64,000 nucleotides of DNA, taken from NCBI GenBank assembly GCA_963837465.1, contig CAWINB010000004.1:202853-266852 (forward strand). Reading direction: 5' to 3'. Source of the DNA: Candidatus Doudnabacteria bacterium (GTDB lineage Bacteria > Patescibacteriota > Doudnabacteria > UBA920). The position numbers and the translations under genes were made by a program. Below, piece by piece: positions 51,197 through 60,633 of the stretch. Within the stretch, counting starts at the first letter, position 1. Every line of letters begins with the position of its first letter. Under the pieces are notes generated by a model. It worked only from the letters and a program-made list of their open reading frames with translations, was not told the origin of the DNA and did not search any database.

Positions 51197-51988
51197 TCAA
51201 TTTAAATCATTTGATTTCTTCCATCGTTTATCAAAGACAGCTTTTAAAGCTGGCAAAAAGATTGATACCGTTTGTGTCGGCAGGAATATAACGAATGACT
51301 CTTTATTCGCAAAATCTTTAATGCCATAGCCAACTATCACCAAAGCGTTATCTGCTATTATGTATCTGTCGTGTAGCTCGTAAAACTTATCGTATTTTTT
51401 TAATTTTATGTTTTTAAATTCGCGTTTAAATCTTTTTAAGTTATTCTGAAAATTTGTTAAATTTCTTTGTTCCTCATTTCCTAATTGAGAAGATAAAAAT
51501 TTTATTTTGGTTTTTTTACCAAACTTTTCTAGTGTAAAAAATGTTCCATTACCATAGTATGGGTCAACAATACGCAAATCTCCTTTTAACATTTTAATAA
51601 TATTTGGAAGTTCTCTGTTTGAGTCTGTCCAAGCATTAACGCCGCTTAAAAATACTATTTTGTTTGTTGGTATATCAGGATTTTCTACTTTATTTTTATC
51701 TATCCAAGCAGGAAACCAATATTTCTTCTTATTGCGACCCCTGCCAACAATTTTAACCTTGACCACATCATTTTCTAAGAGAGGCTCCATCAATGATGTT
51801 AAGTTATTTGCTTTAATTTTTTTACCAGCACCCTCATTAAGTAAATGGGTAAGTTGCGATGAAGATATCACAGCGTCAAATTCCTCATCTTTCAATAATT
51901 TACATACCCGAAAAGCAAAACTCCCTTTGCGAGTGAGTTGTTTCGAATTTTCTATTTTATTAAAAACAGTCTTTTTTGCAATAACCAT
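51197..51988 (-). CDS. wHTH + PLD-like nuclease domain protein
   Basis: IVDPY...LHDRYII.D....VGYGIKD. Confidence 0.6.
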   Translation of the reverse strand: MVIAKKTVFNKIENSKQLTRKGSFAFRVCKLLKDEEFDAVISSSQLTHLLNEGAGKKIKANNLTSLMEPLLENDVVKVKIVGRGRNKKKYWFPAWIDKNKVENPDIPTNKIVFLSGVNAWTDSNRELPNIIKMLKGDLRIVDPYYGNGTFFTLEKFGKKTKIKFLSSQLGNEEQRNLTNFQNNLKRFKREFKNIKLKKYDKFYELHDRYIIADNALVIVGYGIKDFANKESFVIFLPTQTVSIFLPALKAVFDKRWKKSNDLN

Positions 51989-52035
51989 ATTATATTTTTA
52001 TGTAAAGCAGAACTTTTAATATCTCACTTTTTCAG

Positions 52036-52257
52036 TTAGACAAAATATTTGTACTTTCCGTCTTCTTTTTTTCTCATCACCCGCTCTCTCCTTAGTAAAT
52101 AAAGTAAATTAACCCTGATGTCTTCAGGTTTTTCGTTGTGGCCAAATCTGTCTTTCAGTTCTTTTCTGATTTCCTCTGCTATCTTTGGCTGCTTACTAAT
52201 TACTTTCATAATTTTTTCTGCAACACTTGGTTTTGATTTATTTGTTTTCATATTCAT
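52036..52257 (-). CDS. Small winged-helix protein
   Basis: IRVNLLYLLRR..V.RKKE.G.YKY wing. Confidence 0.55.
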   Translation of the reverse strand: MNMKTNKSKPSVAEKIMKVISKQPKIAEEIRKELKDRFGHNEKPEDIRVNLLYLLRRERVMRKKEDGKYKYFV

Positions 52258-52260
52258 AAT

Positions 52261-52617
52261 TTATCTTTTAAAATATTTATAAGTGCCTTTTTGAGGCTTG
52301 TTTCTCCCAAGAACTTTTTTTCGAACCAATAATATTAAAGAGGGCATTAGCGAAGTGGTTGGCTTTACAACCCCCTCATCGCGCAGTTTTTTTTGTATTT
52401 CAGATATATCCTTAGGGTCTTTAAAAAACCCGTCTTTAACCAGTGTATATATTTCCCCAGTCAAACCAGAGAACTGGCTATGCTCTAAACCCTGTTTTCC
52501 AGTCCGTTTAGCCAAAATTGCCGACTTTTGTTGTTTAATGCCTACTGATTGTTTCAGTTCAACCAAAAGCGATTCGATTTCTTCAATGATATCTTTGCTA
52601 TTTCTTACTTTTTGCAT
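52261..52617 (-). CDS. Winged-helix protein
   Basis: LVKDGFF..PK.ISEI..KL...L..LVRK..L.R......YKY. Confidence 0.6.
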   Translation of the reverse strand: MQKVRNSKDIIEEIESLLVELKQSVGIKQQKSAILAKRTGKQGLEHSQFSGLTGEIYTLVKDGFFKDPKDISEIQKKLRDEGVVKPTTSLMPSLILLVRKKVLGRNKPQKGTYKYFKR

Positions 52618-52966
52618 ATTAGGTTTTATAATTTAATTAATAATTAAGTATAACGAATAGTTAAATAATATTAGTTGACCACCGTAAACATCTGAATTTA
52701 AAGCTGATTATGTCTTTTCCTATTGAACGTATAATATTACAAAATGGAATAGTTGTCAAGAATTAAATAGTAATAAACTAAAAAAAGCCTTATTTAAAGG
52801 CTTTAATGCTATTTTAGTTTATATCTTTAACTGAATAGGGATATAAAAACTATTTTAAAGTATATTCAGCTTGAGAAAGGAACGTTAATCAAACCGGACG
52901 ATTTTTAAGGGAGCTTAGAAGCTCTCTTTGCCCGCGCAACGGGAGGGTTGGGGCAAGGACAAAACC

Positions 52967-53833
52967 TTAATGCAAAATCGTTTTCGGCATATCGTCCTTC
53001 GGCGACTTCCATATCGGCTCAAAAATCGCCTCCGGCTTGGAGATTGAATAGTTTTTATCAGACGTAAACAGGAACATATTACTGCCCTGCTGGTTTGAGT
53101 TGGCCACCTTGGAGGCGATTCGCAAGTTTTCGCTCCGCGTTTCGTTAGGGGTTATAGTAATGACCCGAAAACGGGTGAAGCCTAAAGAATCTTTGAGCCG
53201 TTCTTCCCGCCCCCACCGCCAGTAAAGTTTTAGTTTGTTTACAAATCTTTCCTCGGTCATCGTCCCTCTATCGGCTTCAAGGAAGACGGGATATTTATAT
53301 TCCTTGGTATCCAAGACAAAGAAAGCGTCCGGCACGAGTTCGGGATTTTGGCCGTGCCGCCCCCGCAATGCGGACTTTAAGTCATAGCCCTGTAACCACC
53401 GGTGGAGCTTGAGGTCGTCTCGTTTCCGTATCGCCAATGTAAGACAAGTTCTAAACTGCGAAATCATCAGGGCGTGGGCAATCAAGGGCAGGGAGCGTTC
53501 AATCTCACGCATACGGCGCAAAATCCCTTGGAACTGTTCCGAGTCTCCGTAGACAACTTCCGCTCCTTTCTTGCCGAGGGAATAGATGATGTGGGAGGAA
53601 GGAAGCTTTGAATGGCTCTGGTTCTTAGGCCTGTCCAAGAATCCCAAGTCAAACATAGCGGCAAGACGGCGAAGGAAGTTACGTCTGCCTCCGGGGTGCA
53701 GGGCAAGGATTTGCTCGGTGTTGAGGAAACGATATTCTCCCAACTCTTGGAGCAGTTCCATATCCCGTGCCTGTAGCTGGAGGGGGTCTTTTACCTCTCT
53801 CCTGACTAACCTTTTTCTTAAAGCGGTAGCCAT
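52967..53833 (-). CDS. Replication-relaxation (Replic_Relax) family protein
   Basis: RD..LL..L..YRFL..EQI, H.L.I, PDAFF, FLEADRGTM. Confidence 0.85.
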   Translation of the reverse strand: MATALRKRLVRREVKDPLQLQARDMELLQELGEYRFLNTEQILALHPGGRRNFLRRLAAMFDLGFLDRPKNQSHSKLPSSHIIYSLGKKGAEVVYGDSEQFQGILRRMREIERSLPLIAHALMISQFRTCLTLAIRKRDDLKLHRWLQGYDLKSALRGRHGQNPELVPDAFFVLDTKEYKYPVFLEADRGTMTEERFVNKLKLYWRWGREERLKDSLGFTRFRVITITPNETRSENLRIASKVANSNQQGSNMFLFTSDKNYSISKPEAIFEPIWKSPKDDMPKTILH

Positions 53834-54165
53834 AAAAGAATCTGTTATAATTCCATTATAGCAGGTTCCAAGACCCCCTCTGTCCGAGGCCTTCTCGACC
53901 CGTCCGCTACCTTATTTATCTGTTTCACACCCCCACCAACGAGTAAAGTCAAAAGACGGACGGGAGAGAAGGCCGAGGGGCAATCACGGAGCGGAAGTGA
54001 GCACACTGTAGCGGAGTGAAGTCGGCATTGGATTTTGGGTAGTGCCGGAGCAGGAAAGCCAATAGCAGCAGGGCTATTTTAAGACCGGAGGGTAGTCACT
54101 CTGAAAATGGCTAGTGACTACCTGAATGAAGGGGTAAACGACCCCCCTTTTGACCCTGTTTTGGC

Positions 54166-54852
54166 CTATCGGAAGTCAGGAATTTTTGATAAAATGGGTG
54201 CGTGCGTCCTGATACAGGGACTCCAATCGGAACTTTCAGCCCTTTGACGCACCCTGTCAAAGGGTTTTCCGTAAGTAAATTGGGGCTTTTGGTCAATTAG
54301 TTTAGAGTTCTGAAGTAAGAAACCCAACAGCTCCCGTTTTTCATCGGGTTTCGCATTTTCATACAGTATTGCCGCATTTTTAGCGAGTTCTAAAGTTTTT
54401 ACGCCAAATTGGTAATAATCAATGTCCGCATAAGTATATTTGCTAATCAGCGTATCCAAGTCTTTAATTTTTTTAGAATACTCGGCAAACCTTTGGTTAT
54501 AAAATTCATCGCTAATCTTCCTGTCCAGCCTGTCCTCATACATAACGCTAAGCCGATTTTGTAGCTTGGCCTTTTCCGCTTCCAGCTTTTCCCGTGTTAC
54601 ATCCTCTGTATTGCGCTTAAAATACAAAGACTGCTTAAGACCCTCTGCCACATAATCAACAGCGTCCTGGGGCATTTTGTGCATTATGTGTAGTGAATTT
54701 AGTATATCCTCATCAAAGACAGTTTCATTTACGGCCTTTTGCATACAGTTAGTGCCAAACTTGGTGCAATGGTAATAAATAAATTCCTTGCCGGATTTTT
54801 TAACAACCTTTTCTGCCGTTACTGTGCGGCCACATTCGCCGCAAGCCAGCAA
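54166..54852 (-). pseudogene. C-terminal half of a large serine recombinase (catalytic domain deleted)
   Basis: CGECG...YYHCT..C zinc ribbon and coiled coil only. Confidence 0.8.
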
Positions 54853-54854
54853 AC

Positions 54855-55019
54855 CCAGGCTTAAAAGTTAGTCCTAATTCCATAACCCCATTTATTTTTG
54901 ATATTGCTGACTCAAAAAACCTTTCTAGCATTGAAAGGCAGCTAATTAAGCTTGGCGAAAAACTACAAATTGAACTTATTGAAAACAAGGCTAAGAATCT
55001 TAAAAAGTATGCCTACTAA
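54855..55019 (+). pseudogene. 3' remnant of a gene overlapping the RT start
   Basis: Open frame PGLKVSPNSITPFIFD...AKNLKKYAY* with no ATG; its stop lies 8 nt past the RT ATG (55009). Confidence 0.45.
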
Positions 55020-56013
55020 AACACAACACAGATATCCAAAGGTTTTTATACGCAGTAAAAACGAGCTGGCTAAAAGATTTGAGTCACCTGGGTTAACAAA
55101 AACCCAAGCTCTGGAGCTTATCAACGATGTTGTTAGTAATTTTAATAACTACTGGCGAGACAGCAAACACTCTCAGCCGAAAAAAAATAAATACGTTAGG
55201 AACGCTAAAGGTAAACCTCTAGGTAGACTCCTTAAATTGATAGACAAGAAGTTGTTAGCGCCCCACGACAAACTTATACCGGGATTTATTTTTGGCGGCG
55301 TATCCGGAAAAAGTCACATGGACGCCGCCTACTATCTTTTGGGTAAACAGCGGGAACGAACGCTACTAGCTTTGGATATTGGAAGATTTTTTGAGCAAAT
55401 ATCCGAGGATAGAGTATTTCACTTTTTTTATAATAAGGCCCAATGCAGTAAAAAAGCCGCGACCCTGTTGGCTAGGTTGTGTTGCGTAGAGGAAGGACCC
55501 AAAGGTAATGGCACTAATAAAAAAGTTTTAGCTCGCGGGTTTGCTACATCAACCAGATTGGCAGCTTGGTGCAATCTAGACACATTCTTAAAACTACATT
55601 GGCTAGCAAAAAATAATCTAAAACGGCACGACCCCCGACTGGCTATATTTGTTGATGACATTGGTATTTCTGCCAGCAGAATCTCACGAGATAATATGCT
55701 TACACTCCAAAAAGAAGTTGAAGACATTCTTGTAAATTCTGACCGTAATCAAAAATTACCTGTAAATCCTGAAAAAACTTTTATTTACTCCTATGAAGAA
55801 GGCATAGAACACTTGGGACTTAATCTTGGCAGGAACAAACTTTCATTCGGAAGCAAGACTCTTTCCCGTAAAGCCAAAGTAAACCACTTGCTAAAAATTA
55901 GTACTAAAAAATCAGAAAAAATAAAGTTGCGTATAAAAAGAAAGTCATATTTCGCTTACCGCGAGCAAATTAACAAACTTAATAAACAGGCAGCCAAGTT
56001 GCCACTAGCATGA
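55009..56013 (+). CDS. Divergent reverse transcriptase (retron/defence-RT-like)
   Basis: FGGVSGKSH, LDIGRFFEQI, LARGFATST.LA, IFVDDIGIS, VN..KT, EHLGL. Confidence 0.88.
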   Translation: MPTKTQHRYPKVFIRSKNELAKRFESPGLTKTQALELINDVVSNFNNYWRDSKHSQPKKNKYVRNAKGKPLGRLLKLIDKKLLAPHDKLIPGFIFGGVSGKSHMDAAYYLLGKQRERTLLALDIGRFFEQISEDRVFHFFYNKAQCSKKAATLLARLCCVEEGPKGNGTNKKVLARGFATSTRLAAWCNLDTFLKLHWLAKNNLKRHDPRLAIFVDDIGISASRISRDNMLTLQKEVEDILVNSDRNQKLPVNPEKTFIYSYEEGIEHLGLNLGRNKLSFGSKTLSRKAKVNHLLKISTKKSEKIKLRIKRKSYFAYREQINKLNKQAAKLPLA

Positions 56014-56630
56014 TTTCAGACAAAAACAACTTAACACCATACGGCGGACCCAAGCGTTCTGAAGACGGACCTTTTCACGAATTATTTTTAATGCTTGGGA
56101 AAATTCCTGCCCAAAAAAGGCCTAAGCTTATACTGATAGATAAATTTCAGATGCTCATTTGTGATGGTGAAAGAATGACACTAAACACCACAATGAGGCC
56201 ACACGGCACAATTACTGGCCTGAGCTTTGACAGAGGCGAAGTGCTTGAGCTATTTGCCAAAGTAGAATTTTTAATAAACACCCTTGTTTTAAGTTATATA
56301 AAACCTACTGGAGGGAGCTTTGATGACTTTAATAAATTACTCGACAGTACGGACCTGTTTTCAAAAATAAAAGTTTTGATGGAGTGGGGTGTATTAAGTC
56401 CTAAATTAGGTAGTAAACTAATCTCAATAAAAAAGGTGCGCAATAGTTTCGCACACAGATGGTCGGAGGATGATGTGCTGTTTGAAGGTAAACCGCTCAA
56501 TAAGGATGCTGTTTTTGAAAAATTTGTAAAAGAAATTACTACTATTTGGATGGAGTTAATAAAAATTAGCCAATCGATCCAGCCTGACATTAAGGAATTG
56601 CTGAAAAAGTACGCCGTGCCGACAGAATAA
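56010..56630 (+). CDS. HEPN (MtlR-like) domain protein
   Basis: VE..I..L...FSKIKVL...VRNSFAH (Rx4H); ATGA-coupled to the RT. Confidence 0.7.
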   Translation: MISDKNNLTPYGGPKRSEDGPFHELFLMLGKIPAQKRPKLILIDKFQMLICDGERMTLNTTMRPHGTITGLSFDRGEVLELFAKVEFLINTLVLSYIKPTGGSFDDFNKLLDSTDLFSKIKVLMEWGVLSPKLGSKLISIKKVRNSFAHRWSEDDVLFEGKPLNKDAVFEKFVKEITTIWMELIKISQSIQPDIKELLKKYAVPTE

Positions 56631-56656
56631 TTTTTCAGCCTTATGTAGCCACTCAC

Positions 56657-56687
56657 AAAAAAGCCTGGACTTTTCCAGGCTTTTTTG
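56657..56687. terminator. Bidirectional intrinsic terminator
   Basis: AAAAAAGCCTGGA-CTTT-TCCAGGCTTTTTT. Confidence 0.8.
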
Positions 56688-57481
56688 ATATATTAAATGG
56701 TCTTTGATACATATCAAGGCAAAAGGAGCAGGAGGATGAAAGTCACCGAATTGTATCGCTACCCCTTAAAGTCTGCGGGCGGCCTCGCTCAAGCTTTTAT
56801 TGAGGTTGATTCCCGCGGCTTCGTTCATGACCGGCAGTATATGGTCGTGGATGAAAACACCGACATGTTTGTTTCGCAGCGCAGCGATCGAGGTCTCGGA
56901 ATTGAGATTAAAATCATGTGCCAAATCCGTCCGACGTTGAGCAGCCTCGGCAATCTCGTTTTGCATGCCGAGGAAATGCAGTCTATGTTCATCTCTCACG
57001 ATGAAGCGAACTTTTGGCCTTCGCGTGACGTGCAGGTCTGGAGCAATAAATTCCAAGCCAAAGATGCCGGCGACGAGGCGGCAGAATGGGTTACCACCTT
57101 CCTAACGAAGGAGCGTCCGGGGAAGTATCGGCTCGTTCGCTTCGACGACGGACACCATCGTAACGCCAAACGCGGCGAAGCGGAACTCGCTTTTGCTGAC
57201 GCATACCCCTTTCTGTTTATCTCGCGAGCATCGCTCAAAGACCTTAACCAACGCATCAATGGCGAGGTGCTGGGCATGGACCGCTTCCGTCCCAACATCG
57301 TCATCAATGACTGCGAACCGTATGCCGAAGACCGCATGAAGCGCGTCCGGATAAACGGAGTCGAGTTCGAAGGAATGAAACTCTGCGTCCGCTGCCCGTT
57401 GACCATGACCGACCAGGATACGGCAAAACGTGGCAAGGAGCCGTTGCGCACATTGAGCACTTACCGCAAGAACCCTTACCC

Positions 57482-58691
57482 GTTACCGTTCGGGAATCCG
57501 TTGTTAGTAATCGCTTTTTTCGAAAAAATTTATTTTGTTAATTCCTAAAGTTTTTAAAGTTTCAGGCCACAGGGCCTGTTTTTTAATGGTAAATTCCAGG
57601 GAGCAGTGTTTGTTTAAATATTTAAATTTTTTGTCGCAATCGGTAAAAGTCTTGCTGCGGCGCCGAATCATCCAGGCGTTAAGCCAGCGATTTGCCGACT
57701 TAAAACTCTGGAAACCCTTGATGGTTTTAAGGCGGCCGTTTAAGTGGGAATTAAAAAGTTCTATGAGGTTGGTGTTGTTGGGACAGTCTTTGACTTTCAG
57801 GTAATTAAACAAGGCTTCGCGTCTACGCTTAACTTCCCAGATAATATCCTGGAGTTTGGGGCTGTGTTGGGCATGATTTCTTAAGACATGCTCCAGTCCG
57901 GCGTCAATTTTTTCCTCATCCGCTCCTTCGGTAAACACATGGAGCTTAAGTGAATTAAAAAAGTGTCTGTAGCGCTCCTCGGTTTTAACCCTAAGCACAG
58001 CGCGGATGTTTTCCAGGAAGTGGACATGGCAGAGCTGCAGCCGCGCGTAGGGAAAGACCTTGTTTAGAGCCTGTTTTATGCCTGCTCTGTCATCGGCGAC
58101 AACTATTTTAAGGTTGTAGCCCAGGTCTTTTAGTTTCTGAAAGTACTGGGAGAAAGCCGCTTCGTCCTCAGAAAAGAACAATTCTCCGTGTAAAATATCG
58201 TGAGTCAGGTAATCAATGCCGAACAGGAATGGAATCTTCCGCTCAAAGCCTTTAACCGCGATGTATTTGCCGTCAAGGATTAAAATCCCCTGGCAGTGGG
58301 CCAAATCACAGAGGGTTTTGGTCAAAAAGTCGTTTTTTGGCAGCTGATCCAGCTCTGTGATGACGCGCGCGTAGGTCTGGGGCCCTGACAGGGTGTTTTC
58401 ATCGCCTAAGCGTCTAAAGCCCACGCCGTCAATATGCTCTATCCAAAGGTTGTGAGAATCCTGGCCGTGGTAAATGGAAAAGGTGCGCTTACAAAAATGG
58501 CAGAGGTAGCGATGACTCTTGCCATCCTTACCAAATTTAATTGTTTTTAAACTGCTGCAATGTGGACAAACATGGCGACGTTTTTTTTGGCATGACTAGA
58601 TTCCTTTCTTAGTTAACTGGTTAAACCTTGGTTTTATCGCTTAAGCTTAACAGGAACATCTGATTTCACCAACGGATTTCCGAACGGTATC
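57482..58691 (-). mobile_element. IS256/Mutator-like insertion sequence
   Basis: 22-bp TIRs (2 mismatches); 9-bp TSD CCCTTACCC at 57473..57481 and 58692..58700. Confidence 0.92.
57504..58593 (-). CDS. DDE transposase with N-terminal zinc ribbon; frameshift at the A8 run after the start
   Basis: CPHC...CHFC, LDGKY, VADD, QLCHVH, TNLIE.FN. Confidence 0.85.
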
Positions 58692-59279
58692 CCCTTACCC
58701 GGGCGAGAACGGTGTGGTGTTCGGCCGCAACTTCAATCATGTGGGAACCGGCACAATCAAAATCGGCGACGAAATCGAAGTCCTCGAATGGGACTGAATG
58801 CTTTGGGAGCGTGCGCTGTTGACCTTAACCGGCAACGGCGTGCGCTTCTTCTTTTTTATTACTTAGTTCTAACTTAGTTAGATTCCCTTTAGGGGTCAAA
58901 AAGTTGGCAGATAGAATTTCTCACCAATAAGTGCAATGTTAGTTCTAACCTGCTGAACTAGGCAGCTCCAAAGAAAATTTACCGCCGCCATTTGGCGGTT
59001 TTTTCTTTTGTCTATTGGCGTTCCCTCCGCACATCTTTACACCCCCCGAAAGGGGGCTTTTGCTTTTAAGTGAAGCAAAAAAATTGGTTCGATTCTGGCA
59101 ATTTTGAATATACCGCTAAGTAGAATGTTTTTAACAAAATTCCAATAATTTTCTAATGACTATTGACGATTCTTTAAGTTCGAATGGATATTGATAAAAA
59201 ATGCTATAATATAATTAAATCCGACCACTGCGTCGTCGGTAACAGAATTAAATAACAAAGTTCATACAAAATAAATACT

Positions 59280-59804
59280 ATGGGAAATAATGACATAAAT
59301 CAACCTCATCATCGGCTTTTTGAAAGTCCTGATACGTCAACTCCGAAAGCAAAGCCGCCAAAACAACAAAGCGACGAATTTCTAAAATTACCTAAGAATG
59401 AAATGTATATCGCTTTAGTCATCTTAGGGTGGTCAGTTGGAATTATATTATTATTGTTCGTTATTTTTGCGGTAATAGTTGCATTTAGCCAGCCATATAA
59501 TTCCGACTCAATAAAAAGTATATTGTTGAATCATAACTACATAACGATTGGTAGCATAATTTTAATTCCTTTAGGCTGCTTCCTAACTTGGGTTGGTGTG
59601 CTTAAAGCAAAACAATATATTATGCCATCTCATTCGGCTTTAAAGCTAACGGGATATGCAGCTATTGTTTATTTCCTTTTGTATACCCAGCAAATTTCTA
59701 ACCCAACAACGATTATGATTCTTTTAATTTGGTTATGCGCCTATTACTACTTTGTAAACAAGGAAATAAAACTTGTCAAGAGCCGTAAGACCGCAAATAT
59801 ATAA
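59280..59804 (+). CDS. Membrane protein
   Basis: Four hydrophobic helices. Confidence 0.6.
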   Translation: MGNNDINQPHHRLFESPDTSTPKAKPPKQQSDEFLKLPKNEMYIALVILGWSVGIILLLFVIFAVIVAFSQPYNSDSIKSILLNHNYITIGSIILIPLGCFLTWVGVLKAKQYIMPSHSALKLTGYAAIVYFLLYTQQISNPTTIMILLIWLCAYYYFVNKEIKLVKSRKTANI

Positions 59805-59805
59805 G

Positions 59806-60040
59806 TAGGACTTACGCCTTCGCGTAATTTAAGTAATTAGCGACGGAAATTCTGGTAATGGATATTTTCTGCTCATACCAGCTGACCCCTTCGGCAATTC
59901 TGGCTCTTTCCAATTTAAAGAATGTCATGAATGCGGCAAGATTGTGAGTTTGCTGGGACTTGGCTTTTATGGAATAGCATTTTTCAATGCCGGTAGTTTG
60001 TTTAATGCCTCTGTGGAATTCTTCAATCTTCCAGCGGTTA
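59806..60040 (-). pseudogene. IS701-family transposase 3' fragment with terminal end
   Basis: RWKIEEFHRGIKQTTGIEKC...H...; ends GCGTAAGTCCTA. Confidence 0.75.
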
Positions 60041-60633
60041 GAGCCTGTTTAATAAATCATTTAGTCAATCTTTTAAGCATTAAACTGGTCATCGCCAGGT
60101 AAATCATGTTCTCACTGGTCTCAGGGTTGTACTCATAGTCTTTGGAAAGCCTCCGATAGTTACCAAACCAGCCAAAGGCGCGCTCCACGATCCAGCGCTT
60201 AGACAAAACATGAAAGACTGGGAGTCAATAATCCCGGCGGCGGGCTGTTCCTTTTTACCGGCTTTGACGCGGACTGCGCTGCGGAGCGTATCATGAACTT
60301 TCTTCCAGGTGCCGTCTTTGCTGAATTTTTGAAAGTAGTAATAGACCTGTTCCCATTCAGGAAAGTCATTGGGAAGGAGTCTCCAGGCACAACCACTTTT
60401 TAACAAATACATAATGGCATTTATGACTTCCCGCGTATCAACCCGTCTTGGCCTGCCCCGTTTGCCTGGCCTGGGCGGCAAACTGAGCACCAAGACCCAT
60501 TCAGCATCGGAAAGGTCGGTTTCATAAGGTTTTCTGGGCACTTTTTGTTTTTGGTTTCGCATAAGGTTACAATCATCAGGTTAATGATTATATCCTTATT
60601 TTAAACCAAAATCAGTATTTATTAAACAGGCTC
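60041..60633 (-). mobile_element. Internally deleted IS5-family element
   Basis: 17-bp perfect TIR GAGCCTGTTTAATAAAT with TA flanks; N-terminus YETDLSDAEW...IIDSQS joined out of frame to [11 protein letters not shown]. Confidence 0.88.

Larger units (their letters stand above)
44772..54225. mobile_element. Serine-recombinase integrative (mobilizable) element 1 at tRNA-Gly
   Basis: CTCCA cores at 44772 and 54221; the predicted circle junction is present verbatim, inverted, at 50678..51120. Confidence 0.8.
56736..58797 (+). pseudogene. MOSC domain protein interrupted by an IS
   Basis: YPLKS, DRQYM, FAD.YP, RFRPNIV, C.RC; C-terminus PYPGENGVVFGRN...IKIGDEIEVLEWD* resumes after 58691. Confidence 0.9.

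Noticed and set aside
53926-54225. Structured arm as a retron msr-msd for the RT
   Set aside because: It belongs to element 1's right end and is separated from the RT by an att core and the recombinase relic; no a1/a2 repeats seen.
54952-55008. TTG-started N-terminal extension of the RT
   Set aside because: ATG 55009, overlapping the upstream remnant's stop, is the more natural start.
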